Positions 62,960 through 64,000 of a DNA stretch of 64,000 bases are shown here, piece after piece; the first letter of the stretch is position 1; each line of letters opens with the position of its first letter. A program made the position numbers and the translations under genes. The notes under the pieces are model-generated. The model saw only the letters and a program-made list of their open reading frames with translations. It was not told the DNA's origin and searched no databases. This DNA comes from Tetramitus jugosus (taxonomy: Eukaryota > Protista > Heterolobosea), in contig OW569357.1 of NCBI GenBank assembly GCA_937625935.1, positions 248,001 through 312,000 of the forward strand. The letters are read 5' to 3'.

Positions 62960-64000
62960 ATGACACATTTCTCGAGTCAAGAGGAAACACTGAGAGCTCT
63001 GATTGACTACATTGAGCAAGAACAATACGATGATTACCTGAAGCTTTTTCCATCTCATCTTCAATCACCTCTCAAATCAACATTACACAATCAAGTAGAC
63101 ACCACCAATGGTGATGATCCATCAGTTCACCAGTCGAAAAGCTTACCAACATGTATCAACAATCAAGTACTCGATCAAGTGTTTTGTTCATTGACTGATC
63201 TGGAAATGGAAGATTTGAGTCATTCGGTTCTGCATGGTGTGCTCTACGTGTGCAAAGATGGATTGTCTTTTGCTGGTAATCGACGCAGTAGTCTAAGGAG
63301 AGTTTGTTGGTTTCGGAGATGGGATGAAATGGATCAGTTTCGAGTGTCGTACAACTCGGATCAACTCTGTTTGTACATGATTACGAGAAAGAGAGCAAAT
63401 GATGGGGAGAAGGATCAAAAGTATGATAGTGAACATGATGATGATGATGACGATGATAGTGAAGGAGCGATTGTGGATATGAGTGATCACCGACCATCGG
63501 CGTCAATAGAGAGGAACAAGATGCAGTTGGATGCGATTTCCATGCCGAAAGAAGCCAATGAAAGTAGTGGTGGTCTAAGTGAAGAAGCTCTGAATGAAAT
63601 TTTAAATGAGTTGAATGATGAAGAGGATGATGATGGTGATGATAATAATTTGATGCTGGAAGATTTGGAAGGTGATGAGGATTTGGATTTCTCGTTGATG
63701 AATGATGATGATGACGACCTTGATTTTGACTTCGAATTAAGACCCTATTTGTTTACGATACAAGCGACCAACAGTGATTTATTTGTTGGAGATACTTCAA
63801 CAAAGAACCAAGAACTCATCTCATCTTCATCAAACAACTATGATAGCGCGTCTACTGATAAGTTTTCACGAATAGGAAAAGGAACCTATTCATCGAGTCA
63901 ATCAGCAACAATGGACCTCTCTGAATTGAATATTACGAATATCCGTAGCAGCAGATGGAGAAGTCTGTTGTATGTGCTGTCGGAAACCTTTAAAGAATCA
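62960..64000 (+). CDS. 3'-truncated ORF, possible GRAM/PH-like domain followed by an acidic region
   Basis: Not in the ORF track because it runs off the window. Hand translation from the ATG at 62960 gives MTHFSSQEETLRALIDYIEQ...FCSL..LHGVLYVCKDGLSFAGN..WFRRWDEM and then Asp/Glu tracts. Confidence 0.65.
   Translation, partial: MTHFSSQEETLRALIDYIEQEQYDDYLKLFPSHLQSPLKSTLHNQVDTTNGDDPSVHQSKSLPTCINNQVLDQVFCSLTDLEMEDLSHSVLHGVLYVCKDGLSFAGNRRSSLRRVCWFRRWDEMDQFRVSYNSDQLCLYMITRKRANDGEKDQKYDSEHDDDDDDDSEGAIVDMSDHRPSASIERNKMQLDAISMPKEANESSGGLSEEALNEILNELNDEEDDDGDDNNLMLEDLEGDEDLDFSLMNDDDDDLDFDFELRPYLFTIQATNSDLFVGDTSTKNQELISSSSNNYDSASTDKFSRIGKGTYSSSQSATMDLSELNITNIRSSRWRSLLYVLSETFKES

Overview
A very gene-dense eukaryotic (protist) genomic segment, AT-rich, with about 29 protein-coding genes, short intergenic spacers and few, mostly 65-160 nt GT-AG introns. 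The style resembles a heterolobosean/Naegleria-like amoeboflagellate, but that is inference. Recognisable genes: Exportin-5, RPL10, SCYL1, an NCS-type EF-hand protein, TEDC2-like, Furry/MOR2, PPIL1, an RGS protein, a 3-repeat MYB, RPL31, PMP3, a Sen1/UPF1-like helicase, PHF5A, SAS-4/CPAP, a deoxynucleoside kinase, a GT-A glycosyltransferase, PIG-Y, a rhodanese-DUSP, HBS1, AMPK-alpha and ATM. I resolved the introns that join many split ORFs by hand. Main points of interest: (1) four F-box proteins with unusual partner domains (multipass TMEM185-like, PARP-type ZnF plus XPA-like, E2/UBC, BRCT plus bacterial STM4015-type LRR), two of them convergent around a perfect 19-bp hairpin; (2) an HBS1 gene carrying SKI7 exosome-binding motifs between candidate alternative 3' splice sites; (3) a four-way-junction RNA with U1/U11-like topology at 23.35 kb; (4) recurrent E2F-like promoter sites. 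I recognised no tRNA, rRNA, CRISPR array or intact transposon. All domain calls come from motif recognition by eye, not database searches.
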